Shown in pieces: positions 46,820 to 56,574 of a DNA stretch of 64,000 nucleotides. Every line of letters begins with the position of its first letter. The first letter of the stretch is position 1. The notes below the pieces were generated by a model. It was not told the DNA's origin. It saw only the letters and a program-made list of their open reading frames with translations, and made no database searches. A program made the translations under genes and the position numbers. This DNA comes from Planctomycetaceae bacterium (GTDB lineage Bacteria > Planctomycetota > Planctomycetia > Planctomycetales > Planctomycetaceae): the NCBI GenBank assembly GCA_041688565.1, contig JBDNHX010000303.1, forward strand, positions 7,296 to 71,295. Direction: 5' to 3'.

Positions 46820-48784
46820 CTAAGGCAATCGATCCAGTTCGTAGCGAAAGGCTCCGGAAAGGATTGGGAATCGGCACCAGGTTTTAGGATCCAGATTCTT
46901 ATCATCCACGTGGAAAGAAGGCGCATAGCGTTCACGCTTCCATTGATTTCGCGACCACAATGTGAAGAAGCGGCGAACCCATTCAGAAAGCTGCGCGGCC
47001 GAATAATCCGTCGACTCACGAATCAGCGTCTCCAGAACGTCCGCGGGGCTGAGCTTGTCGCGAATCGCCAGTCGCTCGATATGATCGAGCAACGGATACG
47101 GCATCAGATCGCCTTCATCGGTCTGCTCATACTGCGACGGACGCAGCTCGGCCGTTGGCTGCTGCCCATTCACCAGGTGCAGCGACGTCACCGGCTGAAC
47201 TCCTGCAGACCCCTGCTGTTCCAGCTGTCTCAGCCACTCGCGCAAAAACGCCTTGTCAATCCCCGCGATGGGACTCAACCCGCCTGATGTGTCGCCGTCC
47301 ATTGTGGCATAACCAACCGCAGCCTCGGACCGATTGCTTGTCGCCAGCAGCAAGGCATTGCGAAGATTGGTCAGCAGCCACACAGACGGCGAACGAGTCC
47401 TCGCCTGAATATTCTGCAGAGCGATATCGTCCGTCTGCCATGTAAGTCGGCGTTCGATAGCCGTTTCGATGGCCCCCGTGTACAGCTGGACGATCTGATC
47501 CACGTCGATTTCATAGAACTGCCCGCCAACACCCCGCGTGACTTCTCTGGCCGCGTTTCGTGTCACATCGGAACTGTTGCGAGTCCCCTGATAGACACCG
47601 GCAAACAGCAGCTTCATCAGGGAATTCGCGTCGGCGGCAGCGGCGATGCCGGGCAGGTAACTGAGCTTACTCTTAAACCCTTCCAGCCCCAAATCGGCCA
47701 GTCCGAGTTCCACCATTCCGCGGATCAGCACTGCGCAGGCCGACGAATCCGCACCACCGCTCATGCTGACCACAAAGCCATTCGAGCGGCTCTTGCGCAG
47801 GTAATCATACAGCCCCAGCGAAACGGCCTGAGTGAACTCATCAAACCGCGACGGAGAAGCGACGAATGCTGGCGATTCGATCTTACTTTGAACGGGCAAA
47901 AATCGACCGGCAATCGGCACGACTCGATCAAAGATGTCGTCGGACACGTCAGCCGCCATGGCATGAATGCTGGCCCGCCGAGTTCTTGTCAGATCAATGT
48001 CAATATCCGCCGCCGTGATATCGGTGTCCGCAAAACGAAAGCGAGCCCCCGTGGCCAGAAGACTGCCGCACGAAGCAATGAGGGCGCCGCCGTCATAGAT
48101 CGCACGCCCCGCTTCGTTGCCGCACAGATTGGCGTAGATATAACTGACACCGAATGAGCGTGATCCTTCCAGGACGAATCGTTTTCGGATCTCATGCTTG
48201 CCGAATGCAAAGTGGCTGGCACTGGGATTTAAAATGATATCCACGCCGCATTCGGCCATTCGAATGCCCGGCCGTCCCGCAACCCACGCGTCTTCACAGA
48301 TTTCGAAGCCCATGCGGACTCCGTCATATTCAAACAGCAGATCGCCAATCGGCCAGCTCTGACCGTTGTGATGATATTCTGTAATCGTTTCAGCAGGCCA
48401 CGCACGGAACCAGCGTGGTTCGTAGTGCAGGCCATCTCCGGCAAGATGCTGCTTCGCCACAAAGCCCACGATGCGACCGTTCGACAGCACACAGGCGGTG
48501 TTGTAAACGCCGTTGGTGACAAACAGCGGCAGGCCCACGGAAACAATCATTCCCTCCGTGTGAGTGACGATCTTCTGCAGCATTTCCCAGGCCGTCTGCC
48601 ACACGTGCGGTGCCAGAAACATATCTTCGCAGCCATAGCCGGTGATGCAGAGCTCGGGCAGACACAGGACATGCACGTCCTGCTGGCGAGCCTGTGCGAT
48701 GGCTTGCAAAATGCGCTGTGTATTTCCGTCCCAGTCGAGGGGAGTCTGGTTAAGAGTGGCCGCTCCCAGTCGCACGCGTTTCAT
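46820..48784 (-). CDS. nadE: glutamine-dependent NAD+ synthetase (CN-hydrolase + NAD synthetase domains)
   Basis: The N-terminal nitrilase-type domain shows LCLPELCITGYGCEDMF, FEICEDAW. The PP-loop is MSGGADSS. 654 aa. Confidence 0.9.
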   Translation of the reverse strand: MKRVRLGAATLNQTPLDWDGNTQRILQAIAQARQQDVHVLCLPELCITGYGCEDMFLAPHVWQTAWEMLQKIVTHTEGMIVSVGLPLFVTNGVYNTACVLSNGRIVGFVAKQHLAGDGLHYEPRWFRAWPAETITEYHHNGQSWPIGDLLFEYDGVRMGFEICEDAWVAGRPGIRMAECGVDIILNPSASHFAFGKHEIRKRFVLEGSRSFGVSYIYANLCGNEAGRAIYDGGALIASCGSLLATGARFRFADTDITAADIDIDLTRTRRASIHAMAADVSDDIFDRVVPIAGRFLPVQSKIESPAFVASPSRFDEFTQAVSLGLYDYLRKSRSNGFVVSMSGGADSSACAVLIRGMVELGLADLGLEGFKSKLSYLPGIAAAADANSLMKLLFAGVYQGTRNSSDVTRNAAREVTRGVGGQFYEIDVDQIVQLYTGAIETAIERRLTWQTDDIALQNIQARTRSPSVWLLTNLRNALLLATSNRSEAAVGYATMDGDTSGGLSPIAGIDKAFLREWLRQLEQQGSAGVQPVTSLHLVNGQQPTAELRPSQYEQTDEGDLMPYPLLDHIERLAIRDKLSPADVLETLIRESTDYSAAQLSEWVRRFFTLWSRNQWKRERYAPSFHVDDKNLDPKTWCRFPILSGAFRYELDRLP

Positions 48785-48954
48785 AGATCGGTCCGATGAG
48801 TATCAGTCGGTTTGGATGTTTTCTCAAGAGCCTTCATGATAGCGAACATCAGTAGCTGCGAGAATCCCCGCAATTCTACCGCACGGAATGCGGGACACCC
48901 GGGAAATCCGCAGAAAGTCGGCGGCTTCGGCCGTCACCGAGTGAATCCACGCCG

Positions 48955-49200
48955 GCTTGCAGCTTGTTGATTTAATGAGCCGCAAAGCGTTAGCTGCGGG
49001 TGTGTAAAAAAAAAACAGGCAAACACCCGCGGCAAGGGGCGTTGATTTAATTGGTTTTCACAACCCGACACGTCAGTGAGGGATAAAATTGCCCACTTTT
49101 TTTCCAACATCCCTCGCTGACGCAGCGGGTTACGATTAAATCCACACCCGCGGCTAGCGCCTCGCGGCTCAGGTTGTGACTAAATCAACAACCCGCTTGA
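48955..49200. repeat. composite cluster of three interspersed repeat families (C, D, E)
   Basis: It contains GTTGATTTAAT twice in forward orientation and once as reverse complement. It contains TGAGCCGCAAAGCGTTAGCTGCGGGTG and its partner CACCCGCGGCTAGCGCCTCGCGGCTCA. It also contains an inverted pair of the CCCTC(G/A)CTGACG element (49062-49094 and 49107-49135). Confidence 0.8.
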
Positions 49201-49338
49201 GAAAGAAGGGTAGAACCACTGGCCCGAGTTCCGTCAAAGATTCAGGTGGTTTTTCGTCACAGAACGGGCGGCGATGCAGCGGATCCTCGTGCGACGGAAG
49301 CACGAATGCATTACTATTCTCAGCAACCGACTTGACAA

Positions 49339-49416
49339 AGTAGGCGTCACTCTCCGAGTGACGAAGGCCGCAACACGCGGCCCTTGGCATTCATCACTCG
49401 GAGAGTGATGCCTACT
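49339..49416. promoter_or_regulatory. 23-nt inverted repeat with nested hairpin upstream of the giant TPR gene, overlapping a TATAAT box
   Basis: AGTAGGCGTCACTCTCCGAGTGA (49339-49361) pairs with TCACTCGGAGAGTGATGCCTACT (49394-49416), 1 mismatch. The inner hairpin is GGCCGC-AACAC-GCGGCC. TATAAT lies at 49416-49421 and TTGACA at 49332-49337. Confidence 0.6.
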
Positions 49417-49459
49417 ATAATCGCAAATCGATTCCCATTGAATCGATGCCCTGAAGCCT

Positions 49460-52400
49460 TTGATGCGGTGGAACGCTGACAGCATGATGTTCAGTTTATT
49501 ACAACGAAAAGCTCTGCAGATCGCGATGTGTGCCATGGCCGCATTCTGCGGAGTTTCCACGCTGCGCCTGATGGCTGCTTCACACGTCGCCGTTCCTGCG
49601 CAGAATGAGCCCGATGAAACAGTTGCGGAAGACACGGAAAGCTCCGACGAAGAAAAGGAAGCTCGCGCCGGCTATGAACGATTTCTGAAGCTGGTGCTGC
49701 GACAGCCAAAGCCTGGCACCGCCTTCGATCGCGTCTATGCGTTTCATCTCGAACGAGGCTCGATCAACAGCTTTCGAGAGACTCTGGACGAACAGGCTGC
49801 CGCGTCAAAGGATGCCAATCAGACGAGCGCCCTCTGGACCGTGATCGGATTGATCGAACAACGCGGAGGTCGTGACGAACAGGCTGCTGCTGCATTTCTC
49901 AAGGCCGAAACCGCGCGTCCTGAGGATGCCTTTTCCAGCTGGTATCTGGGGCGTTCATTGATGCAGCTCGGTCGTGCGGCGGAAGCGGCGGAAGCTTTTG
50001 AACGATCGATCAGTCGATCACCAGAGAAGACAGAGCTGATTCAAATCTTTCAGGAACTTGGGCGAGCCCTTCGGCGTTCGCAGCAGCCAGACAAAGCGGC
50101 TGAGGTCTGGAAGCGCATGGAACAGTCGTTTCCGAAGGACTTGCGAGTCAAAGAACAGATTGCCACGACGCTGTTTGAGGAAGGCGATTTCGAATCGGCA
50201 CTGCTTCGTTTTTCGGAACTGGCGACTCTTCACCGGGATCCCTATCAGGCGGCGCAGGCGGCGATGAAAGCGGCCGAATTGAAACTGCGTCTGGGCCGAA
50301 AAGAGGAAGCTCTGGCAGACTTCGAATCGCAGCTGAAAAAGCTTGATTCCGATAGTTGGCTCTTTCGGGAGGCTCGCAGTCGTATCGAAGACGTTTATCG
50401 GCGAACGCAGGATGAGCCCGGCCTTGTCAGCTATTACGAAGCGTGGCTGAAAAGTCATCCGGACGACGTGGATGCGATGTTGCGAGGCGCACGCATTTTG
50501 GCGCAACTATCGCGGACGGAGGAGGCGCGGGACTGGTACGTGAAGGCGCTCAAACGCGCGCCGTCCAGCGTCGAAATTCGGAAGGCTGTGATCGAGCAGC
50601 TGATTCGAGAAGAAAAGTATGCGGAAGCGATTGCGGAGTACGAACAGCTGCATCGCTACGATCAGGGAAACGCGGACCACATTCAGGAATGGGGACTGCT
50701 TTATCTTCGTCGTCAGGATCTGTCGGTTGAAGAGCAGCAGGCGAAGGCCGCAGGCGTGTGGAATTTGTTGCTGGTCGACAGGCCTGATGACCCGGCGAAG
50801 GTTTCGCGAGTTGCTGAACTTTTACGCCGCGGTGCGATGCCGGAAAAGGCGATCGAATTCTATCGAAGGGCTATCCAGCTTGCGCCTGCTGATCCACAGT
50901 ATCGCGAGTACCTGGGTCAGTTGCTGCATTCTCTCCAGCGGACTCAGGAGGCAATGGAGATTTGGAATTCCATCGCTCAGGGTGAGCGGCGGACGACTGC
51001 GAATCTGATTCGTGTTGCCGAACTGCTGGATCGCTTTGGGCATCGCGACGAAGGTCTCGACGCGATGCGGTCAGCGTGCGCAATGACTCCGGAATTCACT
51101 GACCGCATCCGGTTCGCTCAGATGCTGCGCGAAGCTCCGGCCGAAGATCGCAGTTCCCTTCTGGCCGAATCGCAGCAGCAACTGGAGCTTGCCGAAGCAA
51201 TGGCCGAATCGTCTGACGAGAAGCAGCGGGTGCTGGACGAGCGCCTGCTGACCCTTCAAGCCAGCGGAACGTTGAATGCTGAGACACTCAGGCTGGCCAA
51301 CGATCTTGAGAAGAATTCGGAAGCTACCGTCGACCAGTGGAGAACGCTGGCTTTATATTTTGACGCTGGGGACCAGACAGAGGAGGCTCTTGCCGCGATC
51401 CGGAAAGCGACGACTCAGGAGCCTGATTCTGTCAGTGCGTGGTCAACGGCTGCAGCGCTGCTTGAGAAAAACGGACAGAACGCGGATGCAGCTGAGGCTC
51501 ATCGCCATCTGGCCCGAATCGACCAGCGATTTCTCACCGAACATCTCAAACACATCGCCCAGCTGGAACAGAAACTGGGGCGAAAGACGGAAGCTCTGCA
51601 GGCGGCCAAATCACTGATCGCGGCCGCTCCAGGAAACCTGGAGTATCTGCAGTTCTACGCGGATCTGTGCCTTGAAATGGGTTTTAAAGACGACGCACTA
51701 GACGCTCTGCGACGGTCAGTGCGATCCAATGCGACAGATGAAACGTCCCTGCTGACGCTCGCCCGGACACTCGCCACTCAGAATGACACGGCGGAAGCGA
51801 TTGAACTCTATTGGCGTGCATTTGAGCAGTCGACAGATCGCGACACCCGAACGGACATCGTCTCGTCCCTGGCCTCGCTGCATTTGCGCATCAACCAATT
51901 TGATCGACTGATTCAGAAGCTGGAACAAAGTCGTCGGCAACACGATCAGCAGCAAGATAATATCCTTGAGTTGGTCGCAGCATTTCGCGCAGCCAACGAT
52001 CTCACTTCGGCGCGCCAGCGAATTGAACAGTCACTGACATCCGACGCTGTGGACGTGATATTGCTGGAGGAGTTGTCGCAACTCGCAGAAGACGTTGGAG
52101 ACATCGAGTCCGCTGCTGATTATCAGCGGCGAGTCAATCGTGTCACGTCATCAGAGCAGAGCCGGATGCGGCTGGCCAATCTACTTTTGAGACTCGGCGA
52201 CGTGAGTGAAGCGGAAGTCATCTGGCTGGGAATGGTGAGCGGAAATGTTCCGGCCCAGGAAATCATAATGGCCGTTGATCAACTGTTTCTGCTGAAGAAA
52301 TACGATGTCGCTCAAGGACTTTGCGATCGCTTTCTTCAGAATCATCCTGATAATTGGGAAGCCATGGTGCGGATGGCCGTGCTGGCGTGGATTGACGGGG

Positions 52401-55400
52401 ATTCGGAAAAGGCGGTTGAGTTGTCCGAACGCTTAATCAGTCTGCAGCTTCCTTCGAATACTCCGTCGGCCGCTGCCGCGTGGAAAAATTCGCAGCTTGC
52501 CGGTTTGGCGACAGCACCCGGGCTATCGCAACCGCTCTACGTTTTTAAGCGATGGGCAGAGCCCAATCCGATCAATGCCCGCTGGAACCGGATCAGCCCG
52601 TGGCTCTCACTCTTGCGCACGACGATGAGACTCGCATGGGTTCATGAGCGGGATGAATCCGTTCTGAAATATGAACTCGTGGCTTCCGCGATGCCGCAGG
52701 ACTTCGGCGAGGCGCGATTAATCTGCCGAATCGCGCTGTGGCTTGATTCCCGGCAACAGGGGCAGGAAGACACTTTTTTGGCCAGCATGAAGACGGTGCT
52801 CGCAGGCGATTCCGAGCAAGCATCAGATGCAATTTTGATCTTGTTTTTGCGGGATGATCGACAAGATCTGCAAGGTACAAGTCTTATCGCTCTGGACGCT
52901 TCCAGCCAGCTTGCCAAAAAAGGCCTTCCGGAATTGCAGGCCGTGCATCTGGATATGGCAAAGTACTACATCTCCTCACGCAGTTCTGCGCAGTCGTCAG
53001 CAGAAACGAAGGCGGCTGAAGGCGACATTAGACCCGATCAGATCGATTTGCTCATCGAATGTTTCGAGTCGCTCCTGGATAAACATCCCGAGTGGCTGCA
53101 ACTGGATGCCACATCGGTTATGTGGGACGGCGACGCCGATACGATGACTCTCGTCAAATGTGCGGACTTAGCCGGAAGGATGTCGGCCATTGATGATCTG
53201 ATTCAGAAGCTGTGCGCAGAGGGCAACACAAAACGTCAGCTTTCAGCCGGACTATGGTTGGCACTGTGTCGAGACAGCCTCAGGCAAAAGATTGCACTCG
53301 ATGATGCATTTCAATTATTGGATCGGATCCAGAAAAATGAAGCGGCCGAAAGCCCGAACGTCCAACAGCTTCAGGACAATTCTGCGAATGCCACGGGCCT
53401 GTTGAAGATGCTCGCCACGGCAGCGCCGGTTGCGAACGATTCTGCATCGCTTTATCAATTGCTGGACTGGTGGGTTAGCCATTCTCTTTCAGGTTCGCAA
53501 AGAGCTTCAATAGCTTCCGCGCAGTCGCTCGGGCGTTTCGATGCGGACCGACTGGCGTCCAGCGTGATTCAGGGAAAAAAATCTGAGATTCCTACTAATG
53601 TACCACGAGAGAGTCTGCGATTTGCCGCGTCTACGTTGGGCATCGACCATCTGATCTCACTGGAGGAGTGTCAATTTCTACAGATCATCAGCGAGAGTTT
53701 ATCGACACTCGGACGTGCTGAGCAGGATCGACTTGTTGACTGGTGTCAGCGGCGAGTTGCCCGGACAAATCCAGAGTCGCAGCTAGTTCTTCATCTGACC
53801 CAGGCGCTACTGACCTGGAGTCGCAATTCTTCAGAAGAAACGATCGGCCACCTGACGAACGCTGCTCGCCTGCTGCCGCATGACAACCGACTGCATTTAA
53901 AACTGGTTTGGCTGCACGATTTGGAAGGTCAGCACAGGGAGGCTCTGGCCATTCTCGATGAAATGTCGGAAACAGATTCCGTCGTTGTGAAAGCCCGCGA
54001 AATTCTTATCCTGGACATGGCCATGAAAAGTCGCCAGCCCGAGCCCGCCAGAAAGGCGGCAGAGCGACTTTACGGGCTGCAGCTCAACTACAGCGAAGAG
54101 ATTTATCTGGCGACAAAAATGCGCCAGCTTGGAATGTCGCAACTGGCAGACCAGGTCGCCGCCAGAGCAACGCGTGTGGCTGCTACAAGACCCGGCAGTT
54201 CACCGATTGATTTGCTGAATTTGCACGAAGCACAAGGGGACACTCAGGCCGCCATTCAGCTGGCGCAACAGTTGATTCGCCGGACGCAGGGCGACGGTGC
54301 TGCCTGGCGAAATGGGAGAGGCCCAACGCCCGATCAGATTCGATCGCGAGCGATTGCCGTTCTGAAAAGCACGGGTGAACTGGAACGGATGATTGAGCGG
54401 CAAAAGATTCAGCTGGAAAAATCGCCGCATTCAACTTTGCTGATGCAAAAGCTGATCGAGTCGCTCGAAATCGCCGGCCGGGATGCGGAGGTTCAGGAAC
54501 TGCGCGATCGCATGAGCAGCGATACCACGTCCAGTTCCATGCAAACCATGCTTGACCGAGCCAAACGATTACTGGACGCCGGCCAGCGAGCAGAGGCGTG
54601 TGACGAATGGCTGAAAGTTCTGACTCGCTACCCCGTCGCGTTCTGGCAACAGAAAACGAGCCTTGAGCCGCTCTTCATTTCAGAAAATCGGCTTGCGGAC
54701 CTTTGTGATGCCATTCTGGGCAGTGCTCACAAGGGACTGAGAAATTATGGAGATCCTCAGCATCTGTTTTCACTTCTGTCTCGCCTGGCCGAAGATCCGC
54801 TGCTGCAGCCCAGGGCGGCTCAATTGCTTCATTTAATCGTGGAGCGACATCCCGAAGAGACTGCGGAGGCTCTGATTCTGATTCAAGATCAGCAGCTGTG
54901 GACAACTCCAACGTTCTTTAATGTACTCGCTCAGGTTTATCTCCCTGCAACTGCCAAAGACTTAAAAAGAACGAGTCTGGCCTGGACTGACGATTATCCA
55001 CGGAGCTCGGATCGCTCCTTCAACCAAATGACGCAGACCCTGCAGTTGCTGCTGGATGCCCTGGCAGAGGAAGATCGCCGTCGAGAATTTCGCCGCTCCG
55101 TTCTGGAAGCACAACAGATATTTCCGAGATGGCAGGCTGGCCCGATCCTGCTCATTCTTGTCGCCATGCATGAGCCAGATGCTGAAGAACGGCTGCCTCC
55201 GCTGATCACGTCGCTCGTCGATTTGAACGCGGCAGCGATGCCGGAAGTTCTGGCATGTAAGCTGGCCCAGATGTTGGCATCCAGTCGCGCCGATCTGAAT
55301 GAAATGGCGATTTTGTTGCTGGAAAAAACTGTCGCGAATCCGGCGGTAACTCGATTCAGCTTCGATTCTCCCGCCTCATCTTTACTGACAGACCTGTACC

Positions 55401-56341
55401 TGCAAACAAAGCAGGCGGACCGAGGTCGCACGTTTATTCAAAGCCTTGTGTCTCCGGAGTCTGACCTTCATGTCGTGGATGTGCCGCAGCGACAACGGGC
55501 CGTCGGCTCACGTCGTGCCGCGGCCAGAGCGTTCCTGAAGTTGATGGATCCGGTCAGCGCATTGATAGCCATCTCGCCTGTTTCGGAAGCGGATGACGCC
55601 TGGTATTTCGAGCAGGTCTTTCCGCGACGATACCTTTTTATTGACAACAACCAACGGGCCGGAGTCAGTCTGAAAGAACTGCGTGCAAACGCTGCTCGGC
55701 TGATGACCGCCGACGTTATTGCTCAGCAGCTGCAACAGGGACGAGAATCCGAGAACCACGCTGATCGGCCCGTGTTGAATCTGAACGTCGGGATCGTGAG
55801 TCGACCTGATGGCGGACTGCAACTGGAATCTCAGGTGCTGAGCTCCCTTGCCGGAAAAGAGACCGTTGACAAAAGTGCCGTCGATGATGGCTCCCTTTCG
55901 CGCCTGACGGATGTGCTGATTCGGGAGATGAAAGAGGAAGCTCAGGACACCCCCCTAATTCTTCTTGGCCTGTTTCGAGTGTTTGTCTCAGCCGATCAGC
56001 AATTGAGTGAACGCCTGACGCCCGCAGCAGATAGTTACGTGAGTCGCCCGCCAGTCTCGGGCGCGACGAAAGGGCTCCACGATTTGCAGGATGAAAACCG
56101 TCGACAGGCCGACCTGGGATTCGCACATCTGGCACTGGTGATTTCAGACATTCCTGAGTTACAACCGCTTGCGTTGAAAATGACGCAGCGTGCGTTGAAA
56201 GAGTGTGAGTCGCAGTCCCAAAATCAGTACCTGCCGACTGTGTTTTTTATGCAGGGCACGGTGCTGCAAAGCATGGGCGACAAACCAGGCGCCGAGGCTG
56301 CGTGGACCCGCATGCTGGACGTGATGATTGCGGAACCGTAA
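49460..56341 (+). CDS. giant secreted TPR/helical-repeat protein (2293 aa), function unknown
   Basis: Signal-like MMFSLLQRKALQIAMCAMAAFCGVSTLRLMAA (ATG at 49484 is also possible). The first approximately 900 aa show repeated 34-aa A/L/Y/W patterns typical of TPRs (e.g. AIEFYRRAIQLAPADPQYREYLG). No catalytic motif was seen. Confidence 0.7.
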   Translation: MMRWNADSMMFSLLQRKALQIAMCAMAAFCGVSTLRLMAASHVAVPAQNEPDETVAEDTESSDEEKEARAGYERFLKLVLRQPKPGTAFDRVYAFHLERGSINSFRETLDEQAAASKDANQTSALWTVIGLIEQRGGRDEQAAAAFLKAETARPEDAFSSWYLGRSLMQLGRAAEAAEAFERSISRSPEKTELIQIFQELGRALRRSQQPDKAAEVWKRMEQSFPKDLRVKEQIATTLFEEGDFESALLRFSELATLHRDPYQAAQAAMKAAELKLRLGRKEEALADFESQLKKLDSDSWLFREARSRIEDVYRRTQDEPGLVSYYEAWLKSHPDDVDAMLRGARILAQLSRTEEARDWYVKALKRAPSSVEIRKAVIEQLIREEKYAEAIAEYEQLHRYDQGNADHIQEWGLLYLRRQDLSVEEQQAKAAGVWNLLLVDRPDDPAKVSRVAELLRRGAMPEKAIEFYRRAIQLAPADPQYREYLGQLLHSLQRTQEAMEIWNSIAQGERRTTANLIRVAELLDRFGHRDEGLDAMRSACAMTPEFTDRIRFAQMLREAPAEDRSSLLAESQQQLELAEAMAESSDEKQRVLDERLLTLQASGTLNAETLRLANDLEKNSEATVDQWRTLALYFDAGDQTEEALAAIRKATTQEPDSVSAWSTAAALLEKNGQNADAAEAHRHLARIDQRFLTEHLKHIAQLEQKLGRKTEALQAAKSLIAAAPGNLEYLQFYADLCLEMGFKDDALDALRRSVRSNATDETSLLTLARTLATQNDTAEAIELYWRAFEQSTDRDTRTDIVSSLASLHLRINQFDRLIQKLEQSRRQHDQQQDNILELVAAFRAANDLTSARQRIEQSLTSDAVDVILLEELSQLAEDVGDIESAADYQRRVNRVTSSEQSRMRLANLLLRLGDVSEAEVIWLGMVSGNVPAQEIIMAVDQLFLLKKYDVAQGLCDRFLQNHPDNWEAMVRMAVLAWIDGDSEKAVELSERLISLQLPSNTPSAAAAWKNSQLAGLATAPGLSQPLYVFKRWAEPNPINARWNRISPWLSLLRTTMRLAWVHERDESVLKYELVASAMPQDFGEARLICRIALWLDSRQQGQEDTFLASMKTVLAGDSEQASDAILILFLRDDRQDLQGTSLIALDASSQLAKKGLPELQAVHLDMAKYYISSRSSAQSSAETKAAEGDIRPDQIDLLIECFESLLDKHPEWLQLDATSVMWDGDADTMTLVKCADLAGRMSAIDDLIQKLCAEGNTKRQLSAGLWLALCRDSLRQKIALDDAFQLLDRIQKNEAAESPNVQQLQDNSANATGLLKMLATAAPVANDSASLYQLLDWWVSHSLSGSQRASIASAQSLGRFDADRLASSVIQGKKSEIPTNVPRESLRFAASTLGIDHLISLEECQFLQIISESLSTLGRAEQDRLVDWCQRRVARTNPESQLVLHLTQALLTWSRNSSEETIGHLTNAARLLPHDNRLHLKLVWLHDLEGQHREALAILDEMSETDSVVVKAREILILDMAMKSRQPEPARKAAERLYGLQLNYSEEIYLATKMRQLGMSQLADQVAARATRVAATRPGSSPIDLLNLHEAQGDTQAAIQLAQQLIRRTQGDGAAWRNGRGPTPDQIRSRAIAVLKSTGELERMIERQKIQLEKSPHSTLLMQKLIESLEIAGRDAEVQELRDRMSSDTTSSSMQTMLDRAKRLLDAGQRAEACDEWLKVLTRYPVAFWQQKTSLEPLFISENRLADLCDAILGSAHKGLRNYGDPQHLFSLLSRLAEDPLLQPRAAQLLHLIVERHPEETAEALILIQDQQLWTTPTFFNVLAQVYLPATAKDLKRTSLAWTDDYPRSSDRSFNQMTQTLQLLLDALAEEDRRREFRRSVLEAQQIFPRWQAGPILLILVAMHEPDAEERLPPLITSLVDLNAAAMPEVLACKLAQMLASSRADLNEMAILLLEKTVANPAVTRFSFDSPASSLLTDLYLQTKQADRGRTFIQSLVSPESDLHVVDVPQRQRAVGSRRAAARAFLKLMDPVSALIAISPVSEADDAWYFEQVFPRRYLFIDNNQRAGVSLKELRANAARLMTADVIAQQLQQGRESENHADRPVLNLNVGIVSRPDGGLQLESQVLSSLAGKETVDKSAVDDGSLSRLTDVLIREMKEEAQDTPLILLGLFRVFVSADQQLSERLTPAADSYVSRPPVSGATKGLHDLQDENRRQADLGFAHLALVISDIPELQPLALKMTQRALKECESQSQNQYLPTVFFMQGTVLQSMGDKPGAEAAWTRMLDVMIAEP

Positions 56342-56364
56342 AGCGGCTCCCTTTACTCCCTCAG

Positions 56365-56436
56365 TGAGCCGCAAGGCGCTAGCCGCGGGTTTAAAAAAAA
56401 CAACGAAAACACCCGCGGCTAGCGCCTCGCGGCTCA
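56365..56436. repeat. 26-bp-stem palindromic repeat (family D) acting as probable terminator of the giant gene
   Basis: TGAGCCGCAAGGCGCTAGCCGCGGGT (56365-56390) pairs with ACCCGCGGCTAGCGCCTCGCGGCTCA (56411-56436), with 1 mismatch and an A-rich 20-nt loop. Related copies lie at 48976-49003, 49145-49171 and, more degenerate, near 40221-40250. Confidence 0.75.
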
Positions 56437-56574
56437 TTCGTTCAACCGCCCGAATTCTCAGCAGCTTTCTTCAAAAACGATAAGCCGAGGTCGCAGCCGC
56501 GAACACGGAAGCACTCCCTGCTAAACTGAGGAGACATGTGTCCTGCCATTGAAGCGTAATCCAGAGGTAGTTTT

